Of a DNA stretch of 64,000 nucleotides, positions 39,534 through 47,955 are shown piece after piece. A program made the translations under genes and the position numbers. This DNA comes from Cenarchaeum sp. (lineage in GTDB: Archaea; Thermoproteota; Nitrososphaeria; Nitrososphaerales; Nitrosopumilaceae). The stretch lies in the NCBI GenBank assembly GCA_963692915.1, contig OY843584.1:960001-1024000 (forward strand), read 5' to 3'. Below the pieces are notes generated by a model that made no database searches, was not told the origin of the DNA, and worked only from the letters and a program-made list of their open reading frames with translations. Position 1 is the stretch's first letter; each line of letters opens with the position of its first letter.

Positions 39534-40313
39534 GTGGCTGATCAGGCAAACGCGCTTGTGAACCTGCGGGCGATCAAGCGCAATGGCCGGATGCACAACC
39601 TGCTCTGCCTTTTGCATCTCGCAAACGAGCACTCTGGGGGGCCTAGTGTGGTCATACCCCAGGGGGACGTGCGAAATTTTAGGAATTTTCGCGGTCTAGC
39701 GTACTCGACGAACCTAGTGGACGTAAGGCTGTGCGCCACGGAGGGTGCGGCCCCATACGGGTTTACGCGCCTCACGGACACGCGTGGAGGCGGGATTGTC
39801 GCATCAGACACAGGCGGGAGATTTGTCTGCATGCGGCTCACAACCATCGGGCGCTGGATGGCATTTGGCCTGTTGTGGGACATGAGTCCATTTGCGATGT
39901 GTGTGGCAGCAGTAATCAACGTGGCCATTACGCAAAGTGCGAAAAACTGGACAATCTGCAAGGACTCTTGCACGTGCCATGGCACACGGATAATCGGAGT
40001 GCATGAAAAGAGAAACTGGAATCCGAGCCCGTTAACTGCACTAATGTGCTCACGAAAGTTTCCCGAATGCAGCAAAACCAAGATTATGCGCGCGCTGAGG
40101 GAACTTGAGAATTGCGAGATGATCACAATTAGCAAGAAAATGCGCTGCGCCATCATAAGGTCAAATCCCGATCATCCCCTATTGTCCTGCCATGCGCACA
40201 TACTTGCCAGGCTAGCAACGGTCATTAACGACCAGGACACCCTAGAGAACGCAACACGGCACGTAAAGTTTGTTCAGCCGACGCCGAGGAGATCGAGTTG
40301 TCAGAGATCATAG
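39534..40313 (+). CDS. Hypothetical protein with C-terminal winged-helix
   Basis: SKTKIMRALRELENCEMITI wHTH-like segment; start uncertain (39465 or 39534). Confidence 0.5.
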   Translation: MADQANALVNLRAIKRNGRMHNLLCLLHLANEHSGGPSVVIPQGDVRNFRNFRGLAYSTNLVDVRLCATEGAAPYGFTRLTDTRGGGIVASDTGGRFVCMRLTTIGRWMAFGLLWDMSPFAMCVAAVINVAITQSAKNWTICKDSCTCHGTRIIGVHEKRNWNPSPLTALMCSRKFPECSKTKIMRALRELENCEMITISKKMRCAIIRSNPDHPLLSCHAHILARLATVINDQDTLENATRHVKFVQPTPRRSSCQRS

Positions 40314-40975
40314 CCGATACGGCAGGTGCCATCCTGTCAGCTGGAATGGTCGGCGCGGCGGCATGGTTTGACCTGCGCGAAAGGGGCATCCCGTATGGCA
40401 TGCTGGCAGTCATCGGCATTGCAGCGGCAGTGTTTATGGCCGTCCGGTGGATCGCGCTAGGCATGTGGCCATCAGGCCACGACATTGTGTGGATGGCCAT
40501 CGCGTGTGCCGTGTCCCTCACAATGCTCTTTCGTGGCACGCTAGTTGCGCGTGGCGACGCGCTGATGATCATGATAACAGGCACCCTAGTTCCGAGCATA
40601 GTCGGGGTTCCGGCCCTTCCCATGACAATGGGAATCGCCCTAGGAGTGGCCATCGTGGCGCACATTGCAGGCACCATAGTGCCAAACTTGGCAGAGCTAG
40701 CGCGAACCGGCCGCGTGTTTGCGGGTGTGGACGAGCCGGCGATCCGCAAGGCCGCAGCGTTTCTTGTGGTGCACAGGAGAAGGAGCGGCGAGAGGTTTTG
40801 CTTTGCGGCCGAGGCGACTAGGGGCGGGCGCAGGAGGCTCGTGCTCCTGCCCGGCTCCCTCGATGATGCCGACATTGGCGCGCAGACCGTGTACGTGATC
40901 TCCGCAATACCGTTCATGGTTCCGTATCTTGTCGGCGCAGTCGCCGTCGCCGCGCTTGCCATTGTCGCCATTTGA
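40298..40975 (+). CDS. A24 family prepilin/preflagellin peptidase (PibD/FlaK-like), divergent
   Basis: AAWFDLRERGIP (first Asp), VARGDAL (GxGD-like second Asp), C-terminal IPFMVPYLVG; multiple TM helices. Confidence 0.8.
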   Translation: MSEIIADTAGAILSAGMVGAAAWFDLRERGIPYGMLAVIGIAAAVFMAVRWIALGMWPSGHDIVWMAIACAVSLTMLFRGTLVARGDALMIMITGTLVPSIVGVPALPMTMGIALGVAIVAHIAGTIVPNLAELARTGRVFAGVDEPAIRKAAAFLVVHRRRSGERFCFAAEATRGGRRRLVLLPGSLDDADIGAQTVYVISAIPFMVPYLVGAVAVAALAIVAI

Positions 40976-41983
40976 GTCAGTGCAGTTTAGCTCATGCGCA
41001 GTGGTGAGTATTAGCTCGAGCACGTCACCGACCCTGTCTAGCACGGCCATTGCGAGTCGAAGCACTGCGCGATCATCAGACCCCTTGGTGTACCGGCGAA
41101 TATAGTCACGCGTGAATGCCCTAGTGGATCCCGTGCCATACATCTCAGACAGTACACATGAGGAGAGCTGTGCCACTGCCTCCTGTATTGGATCCTGGCA
41201 AGCCTTTAGCCGTTTGCCAGAACGCGCTAGCACCATATTGTCAGCTGCGTGGCTTATCTCGTGAAAGAACACCCCGGGGTCTTCGGTTCCCAGGCGTATG
41301 ACATGCAAGTTTGTGTCATAGCTTCCCATGGTCGTTTCACTGGGATCCACCTGGTAGCGTATGGGAATTCCCCATTTTTGTGCCACATTGGAGAGTGGTG
41401 GTGCCTGTGCGGGCATGTACTCGGGCAATGATGCGCCCACCGTGTCCTCCACTCGAAACTCCGGCTGGCAGCCAAACCCCCGAAGGGTGCGAGTCACGCG
41501 GGATTCTGGTTCGCGCCCAATCGCGCCCGGTGAAAGGGAGAGGCCGCATGCGTTGCAAACAAACTCGCGTGCGGCCTTTTTGTACCAAAGGCGCACCTTG
41601 CGCGTCGTCTTGTCAGAACATTTTTTGCACGAGTACAAATATAGCGGCTTTATGATATAGATCGCCGATCTGCGCGCAATGATCTTTCGGTCTACACGGT
41701 TCCACTGGGAAATGTTGCGCGCGTCAAACGTTCCCTGTCCCACCATAAGAACACGGTTCTTGAGTGACCATTTCATGCACGGACGATCGTCCTTCGGATC
41801 CCCGATAAAGCTGATTTTGCTGATCGTCTCCGTTATTTTGCCGCTCTTGAACTCATCGACGATCCTTTGGAGGATAAGGTCAGCGCGTTCGGTGTTGCCC
41901 GAGCGCCGTCCACCTGCGCGCGCACTGTTGCGCCGTGCGCCCTTTGCTCCCCTTGCCCCACCAGCGATCCCGCTCACGCCCAA
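40697..41983 (-). CDS. ArdC-like ssDNA-binding plus zincin protein
   Basis: KWSLKNRVLM..Q...DAR.ISQWNRVDRKI....AIYIIKP, FRVEDT.G..LP, FFHEISH, QEAVAQLSS; inserted CKKC...CNAC. Confidence 0.8.
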   Translation of the reverse strand: MGVSGIAGGARGAKGARRNSARAGGRRSGNTERADLILQRIVDEFKSGKITETISKISFIGDPKDDRPCMKWSLKNRVLMVGQGTFDARNISQWNRVDRKIIARRSAIYIIKPLYLYSCKKCSDKTTRKVRLWYKKAAREFVCNACGLSLSPGAIGREPESRVTRTLRGFGCQPEFRVEDTVGASLPEYMPAQAPPLSNVAQKWGIPIRYQVDPSETTMGSYDTNLHVIRLGTEDPGVFFHEISHAADNMVLARSGKRLKACQDPIQEAVAQLSSCVLSEMYGTGSTRAFTRDYIRRYTKGSDDRAVLRLAMAVLDRVGDVLELILTTAHELNCTDSNGDNGKRGDGDCADKIRNHERYCGDHVHGLRANVGIIEGAGQEHEPPAPAPSRLGRKAKPLAAPSPVHHKKRCGLADRRLVHTRKHAAGSR

Positions 41984-42155
41984 AGAGGGGCAATTTTTGA
42001 TTTAAGGAGGCACATGCCCTGCAGGTCAGGCCGCCATGCAGTGGCAGTGCCGGCCATGAACACGGTCACGGGGCCGGCATGGCCAAACTGCACCGGCCAT
42101 AGTCGCGCTCACGTGCGATCAGTTTTATAATTCCCAAATTGGTGTCGGCTTCACC

Positions 42156-43187
42156 ATGAAAAAGGGGTCCATTGCAAAAAGGCTGTGGTCGGGGAGAAGG
42201 CGCTCCAAGGAGGATCACGCGTCTGATGAGCGCAAAGTCGAGGAGATCAACGGCAAGAATTTTGTGTGGATTGACCTCCAGAATCCGGACAGGGAGAACG
42301 TCGAAAAGCTTGCCTCAAAGTACAAATTTAACACGCTAAACGTGGAGGACTGCCTGACAAAGTTTGAGCTTCCCAAGCTCGATGCGTATAATGACCACAT
42401 GTTCCTGATATTGCACTTTCCCCCGCTTGTGGCCAGGCAGGCAATTCCAAAGCACAACCAGCTCTCGATATTTGTGGGAAAGGACTTTCTCATAACTGTC
42501 CACCAGGGAAACCTAAAGCCGCTCGTTGACCTAGTCAAGACGTGCAAGACCGGAATTGATCCTGAAAGGCGAGATCGACTCATGTCAAGCTCCACTGCGG
42601 TCTTGCTCCACGAGATAATTGACGTGCTAGTTGATGACCTGCTCCATACGCTCAGGCGCGTCATGGCAAATCTTGATGACATTGAGGATGATGTCTTTGA
42701 TGAGAGCAAGTCTGTCGCAAAGAACATCCACGTGTTGAGGCGCGAGATCACCGTGCTGCGCAGGATAGCCAGCCCACTAAAGCGCATAGTGCTCGGCGCG
42801 GCCAAGAACATAGCGAGCTATTCGCCAGAGGAGGATCTGACGCTATACTTTGATGACGTGATCGACCACATAGACAAGGCCATAGACACGCTAGAGGAGT
42901 CAAAGGAGACCATGGAGATATACAAGGACACAGACTTTGTGCTAAGCACCGAAAAGGCCAGCAAGGTTCTAGCAGTCCTGACGATCATATTCACGCTCGC
43001 AATACCGGCCACGGTGATAGGAACCTTTTACGGCATGAACGTTAGCCTTCCCGGAGGCATTGGCGATGCGGGCGGAACGGCCGCTGATGGATCATACAAC
43101 ACGTTCTTTGTCGTCATTCTAGCATCCATAGTGCCTGCAGGGATTATGTACCTTTATTTTAGAAAGCTCGGATGGATGAGCGGCTAG
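42156..43187 (+). CDS. corA: CorA family Mg2+ transporter
   Basis: WIDLQNP, PKLD, LITVH, YGMN between two TM helices. Confidence 0.93.
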   Translation: MKKGSIAKRLWSGRRRSKEDHASDERKVEEINGKNFVWIDLQNPDRENVEKLASKYKFNTLNVEDCLTKFELPKLDAYNDHMFLILHFPPLVARQAIPKHNQLSIFVGKDFLITVHQGNLKPLVDLVKTCKTGIDPERRDRLMSSSTAVLLHEIIDVLVDDLLHTLRRVMANLDDIEDDVFDESKSVAKNIHVLRREITVLRRIASPLKRIVLGAAKNIASYSPEEDLTLYFDDVIDHIDKAIDTLEESKETMEIYKDTDFVLSTEKASKVLAVLTIIFTLAIPATVIGTFYGMNVSLPGGIGDAGGTAADGSYNTFFVVILASIVPAGIMYLYFRKLGWMSG

Positions 43188-45970
43188 GGGTCAGGGCAGC
43201 CGTCCAAATCAGAGACGCCATCACGATCTTCAGGCACAGTCGGGCACATGTCAGCCGTGTCTGGTATGCCATCAGAGTCGGTGTCTAGGGAGTGCCTAGA
43301 CTGCTCTGGAGTGGTGTCTGGACATCCGTCATGGTCACGGTACTTGTTCCACGTTTCAGGCGCAGCAGGGCAGAGATCCACGATATCGGCAATGTTGTCA
43401 TTGTCAATGTCCGATCTTGTTGGCTCAAGCGGCCCGTCGGGAATCTCATCAGGGCAGCCGTCAGTGTCAAGATAGTCGTTGAACGTCTCGGGGGTAAGGA
43501 TGCACTGGTCGAGCCTGTTGTCGATCCCGTCACCATCAGTGTCGGGGTACGAGTAGACCGTTCGCTCCTCAACTACTGTGTCAGGGCAGCCGTCGCTGTC
43601 TTCAAACCTGTTGTATGTCTCGGGATCTAGGACGCACTCATCGGCCGCATCAGGCACGCCGTCAGAGTCTGAGTCAAGCTGCGGAGCCACATCATCGGGG
43701 CAGCCGTCACCGTCGTCTACGCCGTTGACAGTCTCACGCGCCGTAGGGCACACGTCAATTATGTCAATTATGCCATCACCATCAGTGTCTGGTATCGAAG
43801 TCCCGCTGAGAACCACATCGGGGCAGCCGTCCTCGTCTTCATGCATGTTGTACGTCTCAAACTGGTCCGGGCACCTGTCAACCGTGTCAGGTATGCCATC
43901 AGAGTCAGAGTCGAGAATTGCGGCAGTAGAGCGGGCAGTGATGTCAGGGCAGCCGTCTTCGTCATAAAACCCGTTGTATCGCTCGCTGGCAGTGGGGCAC
44001 CTGTCCTCGTGGTCAGGTATTCCGTCATTGTCAGTGTCAAGCACCGGCAGGGTGCGCTCAAGCGTCGTGTCTGGGCAGCCGTCCCAGTCAAGGTACCCGT
44101 TGGTCGTCTCGAGCTCGTCAGGACACTGGTCACGCATGTCAGGAACTCCATCCCCGTCAAGGTCAGACGGCACATATGCAGGAATCTGCGCGATTGAGCT
44201 GTCATCCGGGCAGCCGTCGGTGTCATCTACTGCGTTGTATGTCTCAAATTCTGTGGGACACTCATCAGACACGTCATTGATCCCGTCGCCGTCCGTGTCC
44301 GCAGAGATCGCATCAGAGTCTGGGCAGCCGTCAGTGTCGCTTATGCCGTTTACCGTCTCGGCCCTGGTGGGGCACGAGTCCATCGCGTCAAGTATCCCAT
44401 CACCGTCAGTGTCAGGTGCGACAAACTCAATGTCCACGCCGTCAGGGCAGCCGTCACCATCGTTTATCCGATTGAACGTCTCGCGCTCCTCAGGACACTC
44501 ATCAACGTGATCGAGGATGCCGTCAAAGTCCGAGTCTCCGCTGTGCGCAACCTGCGGAATGTCAGGGCAGCCGTCGCTGTCCATAAACCCGTTGTAGCGC
44601 TCCCCAACACCGGGGCACATGTCATATTCGTCAGGCACGCCATCATAATCCGAGTCAGGCGCCGTGCTTTGCGTGTCGTATCCTTCCGTGTCAGGGCAGC
44701 CGTCCCAGTCGAGGTAGTTGTTACGGTTCTCGGCCTCGTTTGGGCACTGGTCCCACCTGTCGTCTATGCCGTCAGAGTCCGAGTCTGGAAACTCAAACGC
44801 GACCGTTGACGTCACGACAGCATCAGGGCAGCCGTCGGCATCCTCAAACTTGTTGTAGGTCTCTGGTTGTGTCGGGCACAGGTCATTGGGGTCAATGATC
44901 CCATCGGCGTCACGATCGCCGGCCACGCGATCCATGTCAGGGCAGCCGTCAGTGTCCATGTACCCGTTTATTGTCTCTGGCGTTATCGGACACACGTCAA
45001 CAATGTCAAATATCCCGTCACCGTCAGAGTCTGGGGTGACCGAGCCTACTGCCACTGTGTCAGGACACCCGTCATCGTCATCAACCATGTTGTAAACCTC
45101 ACGGCTTAGTGGGCATAGATCTACATTGTCCGCAACGCCGTCACGGTCAATGTCTCCAGTGAGCTCGACGGCGACCTCGTCTGGACACCCGTCAGAGTCC
45201 AAGTGCTTGTTAAAGATCTCGCGCTCCTGTGGACAGTGATCCTCCGTGTCCGGAATGCTGTCATAGTCGCTGTCGATGGCGCCTCGTGCCGTGACGCCGG
45301 GTCTGTCAATGCAGCCGTCCCAGTCAAGGTAGTCGTTGCGGTTCTCGGCCTCGTTTGGGCACTGGTCCCACCTGTCGTCTATGCCGTCGCCGTCGGTGTC
45401 CGGAAACTCGTACACTGTGCGCTCGATTTCGACATCATCGGGGCAGCCGTCGGCGTCCATGAACCGGTTGTACGTCTCCTGCTCAAAGGGGCACAAGTCG
45501 ACGCTGTCGGGAACTGCGTCCTCATCGTTGTCGGTGATCGGGATATAGTCATCAGGGCAACCGTCGCGATCGAGAACGCCGTTGGGCGTCTCGGGCTCAT
45601 CAGGGCACGAGTCGAGGCCGTCAATAAACCCGTCACCATCCGAGTCCTCAAGGAAGGCGCGATTCTCCGCCACTACCACATCAGGGCAGCCATCCTCGTC
45701 GAGGTGCTTATTGTAGCTCTCCTTGACAGTTGGGCAGAGATCGAAGCGATCCTCAATTCCGTCATTGTCCGTGTCATACCACGGAACAAAGTCCGACGGG
45801 CAGCCGTCGATCTCCCCCACATGGTCCTCGAGAACGTAAGGGCACTCGTCGATCGAGTTGGGGACGCCATCAGAGTCGATATCGATGTCAGTAGTCTGTC
45901 CTAGCGCGCCGGCGGGCAACGACATTAGCAGCGTCGCGGCCATGGCCATAATTGCCCAATACCTGCCCAT
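43184..45970 (-). CDS. Secreted thrombospondin type-3-like repeat protein (22 repeats)
   Basis: Signal peptide MGRYWAIM...; DxDxDGxxDxxDxCP...DxDGCPD units. Confidence 0.9.
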   Translation of the reverse strand: MGRYWAIMAMAATLLMSLPAGALGQTTDIDIDSDGVPNSIDECPYVLEDHVGEIDGCPSDFVPWYDTDNDGIEDRFDLCPTVKESYNKHLDEDGCPDVVVAENRAFLEDSDGDGFIDGLDSCPDEPETPNGVLDRDGCPDDYIPITDNDEDAVPDSVDLCPFEQETYNRFMDADGCPDDVEIERTVYEFPDTDGDGIDDRWDQCPNEAENRNDYLDWDGCIDRPGVTARGAIDSDYDSIPDTEDHCPQEREIFNKHLDSDGCPDEVAVELTGDIDRDGVADNVDLCPLSREVYNMVDDDDGCPDTVAVGSVTPDSDGDGIFDIVDVCPITPETINGYMDTDGCPDMDRVAGDRDADGIIDPNDLCPTQPETYNKFEDADGCPDAVVTSTVAFEFPDSDSDGIDDRWDQCPNEAENRNNYLDWDGCPDTEGYDTQSTAPDSDYDGVPDEYDMCPGVGERYNGFMDSDGCPDIPQVAHSGDSDFDGILDHVDECPEERETFNRINDGDGCPDGVDIEFVAPDTDGDGILDAMDSCPTRAETVNGISDTDGCPDSDAISADTDGDGINDVSDECPTEFETYNAVDDTDGCPDDSSIAQIPAYVPSDLDGDGVPDMRDQCPDELETTNGYLDWDGCPDTTLERTLPVLDTDNDGIPDHEDRCPTASERYNGFYDEDGCPDITARSTAAILDSDSDGIPDTVDRCPDQFETYNMHEDEDGCPDVVLSGTSIPDTDGDGIIDIIDVCPTARETVNGVDDGDGCPDDVAPQLDSDSDGVPDAADECVLDPETYNRFEDSDGCPDTVVEERTVYSYPDTDGDGIDNRLDQCILTPETFNDYLDTDGCPDEIPDGPLEPTRSDIDNDNIADIVDLCPAAPETWNKYRDHDGCPDTTPEQSRHSLDTDSDGIPDTADMCPTVPEDRDGVSDLDGCPDP

Positions 45971-45989
45971 TATCAACGATCTGCGCATG

Positions 45990-46006
45990 TGCGTCTTTAT
46001 TAAACT
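45990..46006 (-). promoter_or_regulatory. TATA-containing promoter, identical to 47866-47882
   Basis: AGTTTAATAAAGACGCA at the same distance from the ATG in both paralogs. Confidence 0.75.
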
Positions 46007-46088
46007 TCGCGGCAAGGCCACGAGAACCGCAAGAGTCACATGCGGCATGAGAGCGCCGGGGCTAGTGACACGGGATTGCATTACGAAG

Positions 46089-47846
46089 CTACCCTACCGG
46101 AAACGAGTCTGGGCACCCGTCCATGTCGTCAAACTTGTTCCATGTCTCGGGCTCATCTGGGCACTCGTCGTGGGCATCACGCAGGCCGTCATTGTCGGTG
46201 TCAGTATGAGCGGGCGAGAGTGTGAGCTCGTCAGGGCAGCCGTCATAATCCATGTATCCATTGCGCGTCTCATCAAGGTCAGGACACACATCAGACGCGT
46301 CGGGCACGCCGTCAAAGTCCGTATCTAGTGGCGGCCGCACGTCTGGGCAGCCGTCAGTGTCAAGGTACTCATTGTATGTCTCGGCGTTCAGCGAGCACTT
46401 GTCAGATATGTCCGGTATGCCATCACCGTCGGCATCGTTGACTTCCGTTGTGGGCGCCGCGTCTGGGCAGCCGTCAGTGTCATCGACCATGTTGAACGTC
46501 TCGATTTGCGAGGGACACTCGTCTACCGAGTCTGGAATGCCATCACCATCGCCATCAGTGACTGATTTCCTGTCTGGGCAGCCGTCAGTGTCGAGTATGC
46601 CATTGAGCGTTTCGGGAACTGACGGGCACAAGTCGAGGCGGTCAGGCAGCCCGTCGCCGTCTGAGTCAGGGTTTTGGTCACGCGAGTCGGCCACAAAGTC
46701 AGGGCAGCCGTCGGAGTCCTCGAACCTGTTGTATGTCTCCGGATCTAGCGGACACTCGTCATCGGTGTCAAGCACACCGTCAGTGTCTGCGTCTCCCACA
46801 ATGGGATCCGAGTCAGGGCAGCCGTCAGTGTCGAGTACGCCGTTTATCGTCTCTGGCGTTATGGGACACGTGTCAACTGCGTCAAATATGCCATCACCAT
46901 CAGAGTCTGGCGTGTCTAGTCCATATTGCGCCACGTCAGGACACCCATCGGTGTCATCGACCATGTTGTAGACTTCGGGAAGCAGAACGCACAGGTCCAT
47001 GCTGTCCAGTATTCCATCAAGATCAGTGTCGGCGATGGTGGAGAGCGTCAACGTGTCAGGGCAGCCGTCAGTGTCAAGATAGCGGTTAAAGTTCTCACGT
47101 TCCTGCGGACAGACATCCTCCGTGTCCGGAATGCTGTCATAGTCGCTGTCGATGGCGCCTCGTGACGTGACGCCGGGCATGTCAGGGCAGCCGTCCCAGT
47201 CAAGGTAGTCGTTGCGGTTCTCGGCCTCGCCGGGGCACTGGTCCCACCTGTCGTCTATGCCGTCGCCGTCGGTGTCCGGAAACTCGTACATTGTGCGCTC
47301 GTCTTTGACATCATCGGGGCAGCCGTCGGCGTCCATGAACCGGTTGTACGTCTCCTGCTCAAAGGGGCACAAGTCGACGCTGTCGGGAACCCCGTCCTCA
47401 TCGTTGTCGGTGATCGGGACATAGTCATCAGGGCAGCCGTCGAGATCGAGCATGCCATTAAAGGTCTCAGGCGACGTAGGACACACGTCGAGTATGTCAA
47501 TTATCCCGTCGCCGTCGGTGTCGACTGTCATCGAGTTGCCAGTGCCCGCAACGGTGTCGGGGCAGCCGTCCTCGTCCATGTACCTGTTATAGTTCTCCTT
47601 GACTGTGGGGCAGCGGTCAAGCCTGTCCTCCACGCCATCGCTGTCCGAGTCATACCACTGGACAAAGTCCGATGGGCAGCCATCGATCTCCCCCTCAAAG
47701 TCCTCTCGCACGTGCGGGCACGCGTCCATCGCGTTGGGCACGCCATCAGAGTCGATGTCAGCATCACCATATTGCGCAAGGGCACCGACCGGAGTGGCGA
47801 CTAGTAGAGTCGAGGCCATTACCATGAGCGCCCAATGACTGCGCAT
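46089..47846 (-). CDS. Secreted thrombospondin type-3-like repeat protein (14 repeats)
   Basis: Signal peptide MRSHWALM...; same repeat unit. Confidence 0.9.
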   Translation of the reverse strand: MRSHWALMVMASTLLVATPVGALAQYGDADIDSDGVPNAMDACPHVREDFEGEIDGCPSDFVQWYDSDSDGVEDRLDRCPTVKENYNRYMDEDGCPDTVAGTGNSMTVDTDGDGIIDILDVCPTSPETFNGMLDLDGCPDDYVPITDNDEDGVPDSVDLCPFEQETYNRFMDADGCPDDVKDERTMYEFPDTDGDGIDDRWDQCPGEAENRNDYLDWDGCPDMPGVTSRGAIDSDYDSIPDTEDVCPQERENFNRYLDTDGCPDTLTLSTIADTDLDGILDSMDLCVLLPEVYNMVDDTDGCPDVAQYGLDTPDSDGDGIFDAVDTCPITPETINGVLDTDGCPDSDPIVGDADTDGVLDTDDECPLDPETYNRFEDSDGCPDFVADSRDQNPDSDGDGLPDRLDLCPSVPETLNGILDTDGCPDRKSVTDGDGDGIPDSVDECPSQIETFNMVDDTDGCPDAAPTTEVNDADGDGIPDISDKCSLNAETYNEYLDTDGCPDVRPPLDTDFDGVPDASDVCPDLDETRNGYMDYDGCPDELTLSPAHTDTDNDGLRDAHDECPDEPETWNKFDDMDGCPDSFPVG

Positions 47847-47865
47847 TACTGCCGATCACGCACTA

Positions 47866-47882
47866 TGCGTCTTTATTAAACT
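47866..47882 (-). promoter_or_regulatory. TATA-containing promoter, identical to 45990-46006
   Basis: 17-bp identity upstream of the second TSP3 paralog. Confidence 0.75.
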
Positions 47883-47955
47883 ACGCGGTGGATCCTAGAT
47901 TGACACGCCGCAGAGATCACGTCCATCATGTGATCGCAGCTTTTGCGCCAGGGTC

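Larger units (their letters stand above)
36733..41983. mobile_element. Accessory island or remnant of an integrative/conjugative element (no integrase visible)
   Basis: ArdC-like, ParB-like, divergent TFB, wHTH and prepilin peptidase genes inserted between the HEAT-repeat gene and corA. Confidence 0.5.
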
